Origin: Nitrospirota bacterium
GTDB lineage: Bacteria; Nitrospirota; UBA9217
NCBI GenBank assembly: GCA_963790205.1
Contig: CAWBNQ010000002.1
Coordinates: forward strand, 64,001 to 128,000
Length of the DNA stretch: 64,000 bases
Direction of reading: 5' to 3'
Of this stretch, positions 1 to 10,267 are shown in pieces. A program made the translations under genes and the position numbers. How positions within the stretch are numbered: the stretch's first letter is position 1; every line of letters starts with the position of its first letter. The notes below the pieces were generated by a model. That model was not told the origin of the DNA. It saw only the letters and a program-made list of their open reading frames with translations, and did not search any database.

Positions 1-1031
1 CGAGTCCCAACCCCATGGTCGGCGCCGTCGTTGTAAAGGGCGGGGAAATCATCGGACGGGGGTATCATCGGCGCGCCGGCGAGCCGCATGCCGAAGCGAT
101 CGCGCTCAAGAAGGCGGGCAGGGCCGCAAAAGGGGCCACGCTCTACGTGACGCTGGAGCCTTGCTCCCATACGGACAAACGAACGCCTCCCTGCACACCG
201 CTTGTCATGCAGAGCGGGGTGCAGAGAGTTGTCGTGGCCATGATCGACCCCAATCCCCGCGTTTCCGGCAGAGGCATCAAAGCGCTGAGCTCGGCAGGGA
301 TCGCGGTGGCGACCGGCGTTTTGGATGCTGAAGCAAAAAAAATAAACGAGGCTTTCATCAAACATATCACCAGAGGCGTGCCTTTCGTGACGCTCAAGAT
401 AGCCCAGACCCTGGACGGGAAGATCGCGACGTCATCGGGAGCGTCAAAGTGGATCACGGGAGAGAAGGCGCGCGAAGAAGCGCACCGGCTTCGTGATTCT
501 CATGACGCCATCCTCGCCGGCATCAACACGGTCCTCATGGATAATCCGTCGCTTACCACAAGGATCCCCGGGGGCAGAGACCCGGTCCGCGTGATCGTTG
601 ACGGCAGATTGCGGCTCCCCGTCAACGCGAAGGTTGTGACTCAGAGCTCCCCGGCAAGAACGATGGTCGCAACGCTGAAGGGCGTGCCGAAAAGGAAAAT
701 CAAAAAACTTCAGGACGCCGGCGTGGAAGTGCTCACGATCAAGAGCACGCATGGCCGGGTGGATTTGCGGGACCTCATGAAGGAACTCGGGAAGAGGGAT
801 ATCATGTCCGTGCTTATCGAAGGCGGCGCGGAAATAAACGCATCGGCTTTGAAGGCAGGGCTGGTGGATAAGGTCGTGATGTTTCTCGCCCCCTTGCTCA
901 TGACCGGCACGGATTCGCTCTGCTCGATCGGCGGGTCATCACCGGCCAGGCTCAGCCAGGCGCTCAAACTGCAGGATGTAACGGCAGAGTTTATCGGGAA
1001 GGATTTGATGGTCAAAGGGTATATAAGGTAA
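1..1031 (+). CDS. ribD: Bifunctional riboflavin biosynthesis deaminase/reductase (5' end truncated by the window edge)
   Basis: SPNPMVGAV, HAE and PCSH...PPC zinc deaminase motifs; reductase domain with LDGKIAT, SKWIT, IEGG. Reading frame is open to the window start. Confidence 0.97.
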   Translation, partial: SPNPMVGAVVVKGGEIIGRGYHRRAGEPHAEAIALKKAGRAAKGATLYVTLEPCSHTDKRTPPCTPLVMQSGVQRVVVAMIDPNPRVSGRGIKALSSAGIAVATGVLDAEAKKINEAFIKHITRGVPFVTLKIAQTLDGKIATSSGASKWITGEKAREEAHRLRDSHDAILAGINTVLMDNPSLTTRIPGGRDPVRVIVDGRLRLPVNAKVVTQSSPARTMVATLKGVPKRKIKKLQDAGVEVLTIKSTHGRVDLRDLMKELGKRDIMSVLIEGGAEINASALKAGLVDKVVMFLAPLLMTGTDSLCSIGGSSPARLSQALKLQDVTAEFIGKDLMVKGYIR

Positions 1032-1053
1032 TTTCCCCGCTTTGAATCCCCGA

Positions 1054-1641
1054 TCATTTCCCCATCAGCGTGAATATCCCGGTCCTCATCATCTTCACGG
1101 CAAAGGCCGCCAGGATCAGTGATATGACCTTGGCAAAGGCGCGCGAACCGCTGATTCCGATGATGCTGATGATTCGCTCCGCCTGCGCCAGAATGAGCCA
1201 GGCGAGCAGCAGGTTTACGATGAGGGCAAGGAAGACGGGGAAGTAACCGTGGTTGCCGACCAGGACCAGGGCGGTCGTAATCATGGCAGGCCCGGCAATG
1301 AGCGGCGTACCCATCGGCACCACGCCGAATTCGGCGCTCCGCGGCATTTTCTTCTCGCCGGCCTGGAGAATGTCGTTGATGGCGATGATCAGGAGGATCA
1401 CGCCGCCGGCGATCATGAAGTCCTCGACCAGGATGCCGAGGGCCTTGAATACGGCCCTCCCCAGCAGGACAAAGCCGACGGTCACCAGAAACGCCGTCAG
1501 AATGGACTGGCGGACGACCTTCCGGCGCTCCTGCTTTTTCATCCCCTCGGTCATTCCCACATAGAGCGGCAGGGTACCCGGCGCATCCAGCGCGACCATG
1601 ATGGGGATCAAACTCATTAGAAACGATTGCAGGCTGTCCAT
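1054..1641 (-). CDS. MarC family membrane protein
   Basis: About 6 hydrophobic segments; DAPG, FMIAGG and VPMGTPLIAGP motifs typical of MarC. Confidence 0.9.
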   Translation of the reverse strand: MDSLQSFLMSLIPIMVALDAPGTLPLYVGMTEGMKKQERRKVVRQSILTAFLVTVGFVLLGRAVFKALGILVEDFMIAGGVILLIIAINDILQAGEKKMPRSAEFGVVPMGTPLIAGPAMITTALVLVGNHGYFPVFLALIVNLLLAWLILAQAERIISIIGISGSRAFAKVISLILAAFAVKMMRTGIFTLMGK

Positions 1642-1861
1642 ATGCGTTTCTCCCGAGAAAAGTATAGTCGATATCCACCGGCATGTCCAGCCTTAAGTAT
1701 CTTGCCTTGAGCGGCGGATGAACACAAGGAAGATATCAAAAGATGTGCAGGACACAAATGCAGCCTGATCTTTGCCGACAGCAGCGGCGGATTCTTTGAG
1801 GTTGTTCCGCGAATACCGGAAGTCTGCTCTGATTCCGGCACGTCGGCATCATGCTCTTCTA

Positions 1862-1902
1862 AACGAAAGAGAGGCGTCCCTGCAGGACGCCTCTCTTTCG
1901 TT
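1862..1902. terminator. Strong hairpin, probably the terminator of the porin-cytochrome operon
   Basis: Perfect 18-bp stem AACGAAAGAGAGGCGTCC / GGACGCCTCTCTTTCGTT with a 5-nt loop, 35 nt past the stop codon of the last cytochrome gene. Confidence 0.8.
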
Positions 1903-1937
1903 GTTTATTGATCAGGGACATCAAATATCGATGGTCA

Positions 1938-2570
1938 TCACGGCGGCCAGGAATGACAGGTGCCATTGCAGTGGGGACCGCTCAGACCGTTCCATACGTC
2001 GACGGTCAGCGAGGGCAGCCCGTGGCAATAACCATTCTGACACAGGAGCGTTCCGTTGGCAGCAGCGTAGGCCATACTGGGATCGTCGACAGAGGAGCCG
2101 GTGCCCCACGAAAGGATATGAACACTCGTCGGGCCCTCCATGTGACAATTAATGCAGGCGATATGGGAGCCGCCCCCCAGGTAGTCGGCGCCGTGACATT
2201 TTGCGCAGTTGGTCCCCGAAAGAAAATCAGTCTTGTGATAGGGGGCGGTTGATGTCGCCGAGAGCGGCACCACCCATCCGGGATTCGGATGGTTCAGCCC
2301 CGGGCCGTTATGGCAATCGTAGCAGGAAACCACGGCGATACCGTTGCGGTAGTTCTGGCCGTGGCACTCTTTGCAGACGCTGAAATCCTGCTCGGCAACG
2401 ACCCCGTGTACGATCGGCGACCCCGACATCCAGTTCGCGGCATGTTTTCCCGTGTCGGGATCGATCAATGAATCCGAATTCGGACTGCTGCAGCCGAAGA
2501 GAACTATGCATGCCCCAAGCGAAACGTTCAGGAGGGCCATCTTCTTAGTTATCGGTGACATACTTTGCAC
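1938..2570 (-). CDS. Multiheme cytochrome c lipoprotein (4 CxxCH, 1 CxxxxCH, 1 CxxxCH), ExtD-like
   Basis: Lipobox LFGC; motifs CKECH, CYDCH, CAKCH, CINCH, CQNGYCH, CNGTCH. Confidence 0.88.
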   Translation of the reverse strand: MQSMSPITKKMALLNVSLGACIVLFGCSSPNSDSLIDPDTGKHAANWMSGSPIVHGVVAEQDFSVCKECHGQNYRNGIAVVSCYDCHNGPGLNHPNPGWVVPLSATSTAPYHKTDFLSGTNCAKCHGADYLGGGSHIACINCHMEGPTSVHILSWGTGSSVDDPSMAYAAANGTLLCQNGYCHGLPSLTVDVWNGLSGPHCNGTCHSWPP

Positions 2571-2995
2571 CTCTCATTGTTCTGACGGCCGTGGCAGGGA
2601 AAGCATGAGGCGGGGTTGAGCCTGCCGTCGATCTTGTGCTGGGTGATGTAGTCCCCCCGGTGGGGCATGGCCATCTCAGGGGAATCCTTATACTTGTCGC
2701 TCGGCTTGAGCTCTTCCTTGTTCGCGTGGCAATCGGCGCAGAAGGATTCCTGGTGGCAGAGCAGGCACGTTTGTCTCCTTTGAGAAGCGTAGAACCGGTG
2801 ACGCGTGCCGTAGTCCGCGGTATGACTGAGCGCCGAGCGCCAGTCCGTATGGCAGTTGCTGCAGAGAGGCATTTTCCCCACTTCCACCGGATGCTTTGTC
2901 GCCATGCTCGCCGTCTGAGCGCAGGCGAAGATCGCGAGACTGAACGCGCCTGCGAGCAGGACCAGTGCAAGGAGCTTATGATAGCCGTTGTTCAT
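2549..2995 (-). CDS. Pentaheme cytochrome c lipoprotein, ExtC-like
   Basis: Signal peptide ending IFAC; motifs CSNCH, CLLCH, CADCH, CFPCH, CKVCH. Confidence 0.9.
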   Translation of the reverse strand: MNNGYHKLLALVLLAGAFSLAIFACAQTASMATKHPVEVGKMPLCSNCHTDWRSALSHTADYGTRHRFYASQRRQTCLLCHQESFCADCHANKEELKPSDKYKDSPEMAMPHRGDYITQHKIDGRLNPASCFPCHGRQNNERCKVCHR

Positions 2996-4263
2996 GGTTT
3001 GTTCCCTCCCGCGGCCGGGGGCAGATAGTCGAAATTGTAGACAAGCTTCACGAGCCCCCGCACGTCCTTGGTGAAATAAGGATCCTTCAAATACTCCACA
3101 TCAGCGCCGATCTTGAGCTTCCTCGTCAGAGAATAGCCACCGGCGAACGAAGCTGAGTATGCGTTCTTTACGTCGTTTATCTCGGCATCGTAGGTAACGG
3201 TGAGAAGGTCGACGGCAACATCGGTTTTCTCGAATTTTTTATAGGCATACGCCCGGTACTCATAGTACCGCAACTTGTCCGTCTGGCCGTCCATGCGGTG
3301 GGCCGCGGCGCCGGCGCCCACGCCGGATGAGCCGGCATAGGCAAGCCTGCCGCCGTAATAGTCGGCATCGCCTTCGATAAGGTAACGGTACTTCTTGTAG
3401 TCCGCTGAAAAAACGAGCGCGCCGAAAGCGAGCGAGGCCTCTTCGCCGATGGTGGTGAGCTTGTCATTCGGATCAACGGGCCCCCCCGGTTGGAGCTGGA
3501 AGGCGCTCACGGTGGGTGACGTGAAGAAATCCTTGTACTGTATTTTCGTAAACTCGGTGCGAAGCGTGAGTATGCCGAAAGGACCGAGAATGAGATTGTA
3601 AGCGTGCCGCGCGACCGAGGAGGTGGTCGCATTGTAGAGCGTTGTCCCGATCAGTTCGACCTTGTCCAGGGGCCGGAACCAGAGGTCGAGCCCCTCTTCC
3701 TTTCTGAAGTCCGTTCTGTCGTTTCGCTCCCGAAGGTACGACACTCCGATGCAGTATATGCCGTACGCTCCCTGGCTGATTCGTCCTCCGTATACGGAAT
3801 CGCCGGTCCGCGTGTCGAACGCGGTCTCGACGGGGACGCCTCCGAAGGCCGATATGCCGAACCCGTATTTGAGGTCCATGCCCGCGGACGCGCCGTCCAC
3901 CTGTTCGAATGCGACGCCCTGGTTCACCGCCACCCTGCCGAGATTGAGGAACGCATTGGCAATGTCCGCGCGGTAGCCGAGGTATGCATACTGAAGGTCG
4001 CCCGTCGATTTGGTGCCGAAGCTCTCGTTCTTAAGATCGTGCCGGTACCAGCCGCCGAAATGGAAAGACAGGTTCTTGCTGCCGAGGTCGTCGGCATTGA
4101 AGTTGAGGTACTCGAAGAGCGGCATGAGCCGCGTCGAGTCGAATTCCTGGCGGGACTGGAGATACGTGGCGGATTGCCCCGATACGTCGAGGGCCAGTGC
4201 CTCCGTCGAAAAACAGGGCAGGAGCATCGCAAACACCGGGAGAGTTAGTCGGAAGATTCGCAT
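2992..4263 (-). CDS. Outer-membrane beta-barrel porin of a porin-cytochrome complex, ExtB-like
   Basis: Signal peptide (ALA-LD); Tyr/Gly-rich amphipathic beta strands; C-terminal LVYNF; stop codon overlaps the cytochrome start. Confidence 0.75.
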   Translation of the reverse strand: MRIFRLTLPVFAMLLPCFSTEALALDVSGQSATYLQSRQEFDSTRLMPLFEYLNFNADDLGSKNLSFHFGGWYRHDLKNESFGTKSTGDLQYAYLGYRADIANAFLNLGRVAVNQGVAFEQVDGASAGMDLKYGFGISAFGGVPVETAFDTRTGDSVYGGRISQGAYGIYCIGVSYLRERNDRTDFRKEEGLDLWFRPLDKVELIGTTLYNATTSSVARHAYNLILGPFGILTLRTEFTKIQYKDFFTSPTVSAFQLQPGGPVDPNDKLTTIGEEASLAFGALVFSADYKKYRYLIEGDADYYGGRLAYAGSSGVGAGAAAHRMDGQTDKLRYYEYRAYAYKKFEKTDVAVDLLTVTYDAEINDVKNAYSASFAGGYSLTRKLKIGADVEYLKDPYFTKDVRGLVKLVYNFDYLPPAAGGNKP

Positions 4264-4480
4264 GAAGGTCTCCTTGGCCAGGAATTGGTGAAAAGTCTTG
4301 CTGGATTTAACTACTATGCTTGGAGTGCTGAAAATGAAAAAAGGTACTGTGATTTTTACTGCAGTGAGAACTTACCCCGTTGCTCTTTCGGATCAGGTTT
4401 TTTCGAGTACGCGATGGCCACGAAAAACTGCGTCAGTTATATCATAGCAAGGAGATCTCCTGCGGGCAGGAGAAAACCTG

Positions 4481-5941
4481 CTAGGACTCTATCTGGTCCA
4501 GCACCTTCGTTATCCGGTGGAGCTCCTTCCAGCGCTGGTACCGTTTTTCCGCGCCTGCATTCTGCCTCGGCGTAACAATCTCGACGGGCAGCGCCATCCT
4601 TTTGATGTCCGCCGGGGTCCATGCGCCCTGCGACAGGCCCGCGAGCAGCGCCGCGCCGAGGGCCGAGACTTCCTGTTCAGCGCCTGCCAGCAGTTCCTTG
4701 CCGAGGATGTCGGCTTGTATTTGCGCCAGATAGCTGAGCGAGGAGAGGCCCCCGGAAATCGCAAAAGAAGCGGGCTCGAATCCCGCGGCCCGGATCTCGT
4801 CCGCGATGTCTTTCATGAAGAACGCAATGTTTTCCACGGTTCCGCGGATGATATCTCCGAACGTGCTTGCCGCCGTCAGGCCGTGGAGAGAGGTCGAGAT
4901 CGCGCTCTCCCAGTGCGGCGCGCCGGTGCCGTTCAACCCGATGAACGCCACGACGTCGGTGCTCGCCTCCCAGCAGAGATCGTCAAGTTCGGCGTAATCT
5001 GAAAAGAGGCGTATTTTATTCCTGAGCCACTCGAACGCGTCACCGACTGCGTTCACGCTTCCCTCGAGCAGATAATGCCGTGCCGTCTCGGTAGAATAGT
5101 GCAGGGACGCCATTAACCCCTTCGCAGGCGAGAGCCTTGGCCCCGTGTTCACCATGAGGAACCCGCCGGTGCCGTAGTTGATGCCGCCGTCGCCCTGTGC
5201 CACGACGCCGCGGCCGAGCATCGCGGCCTGCTGGTCGCCGATACAAGCCAGGAGGGGCACCTCGCCTGCCGCGGTTTGAACGACGCCGAAATTCATCGCC
5301 GTCGGACGGAGTTCGGGAAGCCTGATGCCGGAAAGTCCGAAGAGCTCCAGGAGCTTCGGGTCCCAGTCGAGCGAACGGATGTTCATGAGCTGCGTGCGCG
5401 CGGCGTTGGTATGGTCGATCGTTGCGCGGCGGCTTCCGGTAACACGCTGCGTCAGGAAACTGCTGAGCGTGCCGAATACGACCGGGGCTGTTCGCGCTTC
5501 GGGAACAGTGTCCTTGAGCCAGCGGAACTTCGATGCCGAATAGTAGGGGGTGAGCGGGAGGCCCGTGGCCTCGAAAACGGCTGCCGCGTCCGAGGCCCGC
5601 TGCTGCACGAGCTCGAGCCCCCGCGTGTCCCGCCAGCTTAAGACCGGGGACAGCGGCTCGCCGGTGGCTTCGTTCCAGATAAGACAGGAGGAACGCTGAC
5701 AGGACAGCCCCATGCCGCGGGGAGTGAAGCCCGACGCTTGCAGGGACAGGACAGCTTCGTTCAGCGCGTCCTGGACGCTCTTCAGGATCTCAAGAGGGTC
5801 ATGCTCGATGCGGGCCCCGTCCCGGATCGGGGAGAGGAGCGCTTTTTTTGTCCGGAACAGGACCTGTCCCTCCGTGCTCATGACGAGCGCCTTGGTCGAG
5901 CTGCTGCCCTGGTCAATGCCTATAAAGCAATCATCGGACAT
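4481..5941 (-). CDS. FGGY family carbohydrate kinase (glycerol kinase-like)
   Basis: IGIDQGSSSTKA, QRSS, WRD, YSASK, NAART, GDQQAA, YGTG and GAPHW motifs. Confidence 0.92.
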   Translation of the reverse strand: MSDDCFIGIDQGSSSTKALVMSTEGQVLFRTKKALLSPIRDGARIEHDPLEILKSVQDALNEAVLSLQASGFTPRGMGLSCQRSSCLIWNEATGEPLSPVLSWRDTRGLELVQQRASDAAAVFEATGLPLTPYYSASKFRWLKDTVPEARTAPVVFGTLSSFLTQRVTGSRRATIDHTNAARTQLMNIRSLDWDPKLLELFGLSGIRLPELRPTAMNFGVVQTAAGEVPLLACIGDQQAAMLGRGVVAQGDGGINYGTGGFLMVNTGPRLSPAKGLMASLHYSTETARHYLLEGSVNAVGDAFEWLRNKIRLFSDYAELDDLCWEASTDVVAFIGLNGTGAPHWESAISTSLHGLTAASTFGDIIRGTVENIAFFMKDIADEIRAAGFEPASFAISGGLSSLSYLAQIQADILGKELLAGAEQEVSALGAALLAGLSQGAWTPADIKRMALPVEIVTPRQNAGAEKRYQRWKELHRITKVLDQIES

Positions 5942-6253
5942 CGTTTCACCTGTCTGTTCTTCACTCGATCCGTCTGAACGGGCGGGCATGAAAGCCAATG
6001 CTTATAGTGTACACGCTCGCCTGGCTGACGTCAAATACCGGACCGCAGGGGCGGGACAATTGCTGTTCTGTCTGATAGAATATTCCTATCTATCCCGTTT
6101 GACCCCATTGTTATTAGCAATTTGACTCACTTCACGGTACGCGGTATTCTCTGAAAAAAGGGAACGACCAGGGCCGGTCAGGCAAGCGCGTTTGCGCCTG
6201 TGCCCGGCCCGGACCAGAGCAAATACGAAAAAACGAAGCAGGAGGAGATGTTC

Positions 6254-7306
6254 ATGGCAGGAGAAAAAGAATTGCGGGAGGGTTTCAAGCTGACATCGAT
6301 GAGCCACGGCGCCGGCTGAGCCTGCAAGCTGGGGCCAAAGGTTTTGGCCCAAATCCTCGAGTCGCTGCCCGCCATAACCGATCCCCGGGTGCTGACCGGG
6401 ACCGAAGACGATGCCGGGGTCTACAAGCTCACCGACGATATTGCCATGGTGCAGACCGTGGATTTTTTTACTCCCATTGTCGATGATCCGTACGACTTCG
6501 GGGCAATTGCGGCGGCAAACGCTCTGTCCGACATTTACGCTATGGGCGCCAAACCCCTGACTGCCTTGAACCTCGTGGCTTTTCCCAAGGACGGGCCCAT
6601 CGAATTCCTGGGTGAGATCATGCGCGGCGGTGCGGAAAAGGCGCGGGAAGCGGGCGTGAGCATCATCGGCGGGCACTCGATCGACGACAGGGAACCCAAG
6701 TACGGGATGGCCGTGACCGGCATCATCCATCCCGACAAAATCGTGCAGAAGAACGGCGCGCGGGCCGGCAACGCGCTTGTACTGACCAAGCCGCTCGGAA
6801 CCGGCATCATCTCGACCGCGATCAAGATGGGCAGGGCCTCTAACGAAATGATCGCGATCGCGACGGGCGCCATGAAGACCCTGAACAAAGGGGCCTCCGA
6901 TGCCATGGCCGAGGCCGGGGTCAGGGGCGCGACGGACATTACCGGGTTCGGCCTGCTGGGCCACCTGCACGAGATGCTCCATCGAAGTTGCGTGAGCGGA
7001 CGCCTGAAATTGTCGGAGGTCCCCTTTATTCCCGGCGTGCGCGAGCTGGCACAATTCAGCGTTCCCGGCGGCACGAGGGCGAACCTCAGGCACGTGAACG
7101 ATAAGGCGGTCTGGGGCGAGGGGATCACCGAGGACGATAAGCTGATGCTCAGCGACGCGCAGACCTCGGGCGGACTCCTGATCGCCGTTTCTCCGGACAA
7201 ACTCGACGCGCTCCTGGCAGGGCTCAAAGCGCATGGCGTGGAGACCCGGGCAGTGATCGGCGAAGTCATTGCGGGCGAGGCCGGCAAGATCTTCGTCGAA
7301 CGATAG
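6254..7306 (+). CDS. selD: Selenide, water dikinase SelD, selenocysteine-containing
   Basis: RBS GGAGG then ATG at 6254; reads LTSMSHGAG-TGA(6317-6319)-ACKLGP in frame with the 6344 ORF; DDAGVY, VDFFTP, NALSDIYAMG, TDITGFGL and DAQTSGGL motifs. Confidence 0.95.
6332..6350 (+). promoter_or_regulatory. Bacterial SECIS hairpin of selD
   Basis: GGGCCAAA-GGT-TTTGGCCC stem-loop starting 12 nt after the UGA, with G in the apical loop. Confidence 0.8.
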
Positions 7307-7586
7307 GGGTATTCGGAACGACAGGGAACACAAAAAAATACAGGATCATGAACTTGCAAAAAGACGTATCAGGAAACCAGGGATACTTTTCTTTTTCCGC
7401 ACCGCCGCTTACAGGTCCCCGTGCAGGCATGCCACTGAGGTCCATTCCGAATATCGAATCTCTCAATACGAAGTTTGTTTAGGATTTCGTTATTTGGATC
7501 TGCGGTCTGATCGGGATGCAGGGGGGCTGGGGGGAAAATACTGGATCTTGAATCGAGGAGCAAGGCGGCAGCCGTTCCGAATGAGG

Positions 7587-8330
7587 TTACAGGTCCTTCT
7601 TCCTGGCTTTGAGGTTCTTGATCTGGCGGTTGGAGGGATTGTCGGTAAAAAGCAGCGCGCCGTCTGCGCCGTAACCCATGTAGATGGTATATCGCGGGAC
7701 GAACGACCCGTTCCCGTTGTTGTAAATCCTCAATATCCGCTTTACGTAGTTCTGCGTTTCCTTGAAGGGCGGGACCGTGCCCCACCGTTTGACCGCTGTC
7801 TCGCCCGAGTTGTATGCCGCCAGCGCGAGGGACAGGTTGCCCTCGTACCGGTCGATCAAATACCGCAGATATTTGACCCCGCCGTCGATGTTCTCGGCAG
7901 GATTGAACGAATTTTTGATGTTCATGTTCACCGCGGTCTGCGGCATGAGCTGCATCAAACCCTTGGCGCCTTTCCGGGACAGGGCATAGGGGTTAAAGTC
8001 CGACTCCACCTTGACGATGGCGTGCACGAGGGAGGGATCAATGCCGTGGCGATTGCAGGCGCTGTTGATGATGTCGAGGTAGGCAGCGGGGATGTTCATC
8101 GAGGATGACGGGGCGGACGCCGCCGGTGCGGCCTTCGGCAGAGCCGCGGCTTCGCGGTGTCTCTCCGGCTCCGGGCTGACCCGCTTGTGGTTTTTGCCGC
8201 CGACGTTCACATTGGTGAAGTGCAGCACGCCGTTCTCGTCGATGTACTGGTAGATGTCCGCCTTGGCAGGCAGAACGGGAACGCAAACGAACAGAGCAAG
8301 CGCCAGAATAATCGTTATTTCGCGTTTCAT
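7587..8330 (-). CDS. Lytic transglycosylase (SLT domain with N-terminal DUF4124-like domain)
   Basis: Signal peptide; IYQYIDENGVLHFTN; catalytic ES, GAKGLMQLMP, AAYNSG and ETQNYV motifs. Confidence 0.93.
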   Translation of the reverse strand: MKREITIILALALFVCVPVLPAKADIYQYIDENGVLHFTNVNVGGKNHKRVSPEPERHREAAALPKAAPAASAPSSSMNIPAAYLDIINSACNRHGIDPSLVHAIVKVESDFNPYALSRKGAKGLMQLMPQTAVNMNIKNSFNPAENIDGGVKYLRYLIDRYEGNLSLALAAYNSGETAVKRWGTVPPFKETQNYVKRILRIYNNGNGSFVPRYTIYMGYGADGALLFTDNPSNRQIKNLKARKKDL

Positions 8331-8539
8331 TCACGACCTCGCGGGCTTTCCAGCATATCCTCTGAAACCTTAGTATAAGTATATATTAATTAAAAAGACC
8401 TTGTCAACAGAAGATTGATTTTCGACGCGCCTGGGGGAAAAGACCGCCTGACCCACAAAAGAATAAGTATTGACAGGAATAGGCTGTTCTGCTACTCTCT
8501 AGCTTCGTATATCTCTGTGAAATCAAGGGGGAATATTCA

Positions 8540-10009
8540 ATGGTACGTCGCACCGCGCTTATTCTAGCAGTCATTTTATGTTTACCGACAGGTTTCGCAT
8601 TGTCCGCTGTCAAGAAAACAAGCGGCCACCCGAAGAGGGCAGCCGTTGATAGGCGGCCTCCCGTGGTGGACGTCAGCTCCAGCCTGGTTCCGGCGAACGG
8701 AGGCCTGATAAATAACTCTAGGCCGGCGATCTCCGCCGAGTATGTGGATGAGGGCATCGGCGTCAGCACGACGGATACCAAATTGTATGTTGACGAGCAG
8801 GATGTCTCCTCATCCGCGCAGATCACGTCAAGCAAGATTATATATACCCCGGCCAACCCGCTCGCGGACGGCACACACAAGATCAAGCTCAATGTGACGG
8901 ACAAGGCGGGCAACGCATCGACGATCCAGTGGTCCTTCACCATCCGCACCCAGCCTCCGCAGGTAAAGATCACGTCGCACAAGCCGAACCAGTTTGTGAA
9001 CAAATCGCCGGTTGTGGTCAGCGGTACGGTAAACGATCCGCGGGCCCGCATCGTGGTGAACGGCATCAACGCCTCCGTTTCCGGGGGCGCCTTTACCGCC
9101 CGGGTCAACCTTGTTGAAGGCAATAACGTGATCACGGCAACCGCTACCGACGTATTCGGCAACACGGGCACTGACGCGGTCACGATCATTGTGGATACCA
9201 AGCCGCCGATGGTGGACATCACCTCGCCCTCGGCGGGCAGCCTCCTCAACACCAGACTGGTGACGGTCACCGGTCTTACCGACAAGAACACGGGGTCGGT
9301 AGTGGTCAGCACGCGGGGAGGGGAGAGCACGACGGCCGTCTTAAACGCCGGCAGCTTTACCGCCAAGGACGTTAAACTCCAGGAAGGCCCGAACATCATC
9401 ACCGTGCGGGCACTGAGCCAGGCCGGCAACGCGGGCACGGCATTGGTCAGGGTGACGGTGGACTCTGTTGCGCCGAAGCTCGCGATCACGGCGCCCAGGG
9501 ACATGACGGTCACGAACAAAAAGATGATTGCCGTGAGCGGCAGGGTGGACAAGCCGTCGGCCCTCGTAAAGGTCAACAACACGCCGGTACATGTATCAAG
9601 GGGCCTATTCACGCTTTCGAGCCTGAACCTGTCCGAGGGGAACAATACCATCACGGTGACCGCCGTTGACCGCGCCGGAAACGAGGCGAAACAGGCCGTC
9701 GTTACGGTGGTGCTCGATACCACGCCGCCTGCGCCGCCTTCCCTGGCCCCGCTGCCGCCGCTTACGAGGAATTCTCCGGTAACTGTTTCGGGCAGCACTG
9801 AACCAGGCGCAAAGGTGGAGATTTTCGTGAACAGCACGGTACAGGGGTCGCTCAAGGCCGATGAAAAGGGCGCTTTCTCATACAAGATCGGCCTGACCGA
9901 GGGCAACAATGCGATATCGGCAGTGGCCTACGATGCGCCAGGCAACGCCAGCGCCTCGTCAGCGGTCGTGAACGTGTTTTTGGATACGAAGCCGCCGAGG
10001 ATTCTCTAG
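8540..10009 (+). CDS. Secreted protein of tandem bacterial Ig-like domains
   Basis: Signal peptide; about five ~90-aa repeats of the form L.EG.N.ITV.A.D.AGN joined by DTKPP, DSVAP and DTTPP linkers. Confidence 0.85.
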   Translation: MVRRTALILAVILCLPTGFALSAVKKTSGHPKRAAVDRRPPVVDVSSSLVPANGGLINNSRPAISAEYVDEGIGVSTTDTKLYVDEQDVSSSAQITSSKIIYTPANPLADGTHKIKLNVTDKAGNASTIQWSFTIRTQPPQVKITSHKPNQFVNKSPVVVSGTVNDPRARIVVNGINASVSGGAFTARVNLVEGNNVITATATDVFGNTGTDAVTIIVDTKPPMVDITSPSAGSLLNTRLVTVTGLTDKNTGSVVVSTRGGESTTAVLNAGSFTAKDVKLQEGPNIITVRALSQAGNAGTALVRVTVDSVAPKLAITAPRDMTVTNKKMIAVSGRVDKPSALVKVNNTPVHVSRGLFTLSSLNLSEGNNTITVTAVDRAGNEAKQAVVTVVLDTTPPAPPSLAPLPPLTRNSPVTVSGSTEPGAKVEIFVNSTVQGSLKADEKGAFSYKIGLTEGNNAISAVAYDAPGNASASSAVVNVFLDTKPPRIL

Positions 10010-10026
10010 GAACGAGGAAAATTTCC

Positions 10027-10055
10027 TTGACATCGGGGTGGTTGTGCTTTAGTAT
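10027..10055 (+). promoter_or_regulatory. Sigma70 promoter of tRNA-fMet
   Basis: TTGACA-17 nt-TAGTAT just upstream of the tRNA. Confidence 0.75.
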
Positions 10056-10066
10056 GCATTTCTCAT

Positions 10067-10143
<77 letters not shown>

Positions 10144-10152
10144 ACCTACTCC

Positions 10153-10185
10153 AAGGGGCTGCAGACAAACTGCAGCCCCTTTTTC
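10153..10185 (+). terminator. Intrinsic terminator after the tRNA
   Basis: AAGGGGCTGCAG-ACAAA-CTGCAGCCCCTT followed by a T run. Confidence 0.85.
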
Positions 10186-10267
10186 TATTTCTCTGGTTCC
10201 CGGGCGCGTTCCTGGGCAGGGGAGCGGCATGGTTGCCGACATTCCAGGCAGGACGAGGAGCAGGAGC

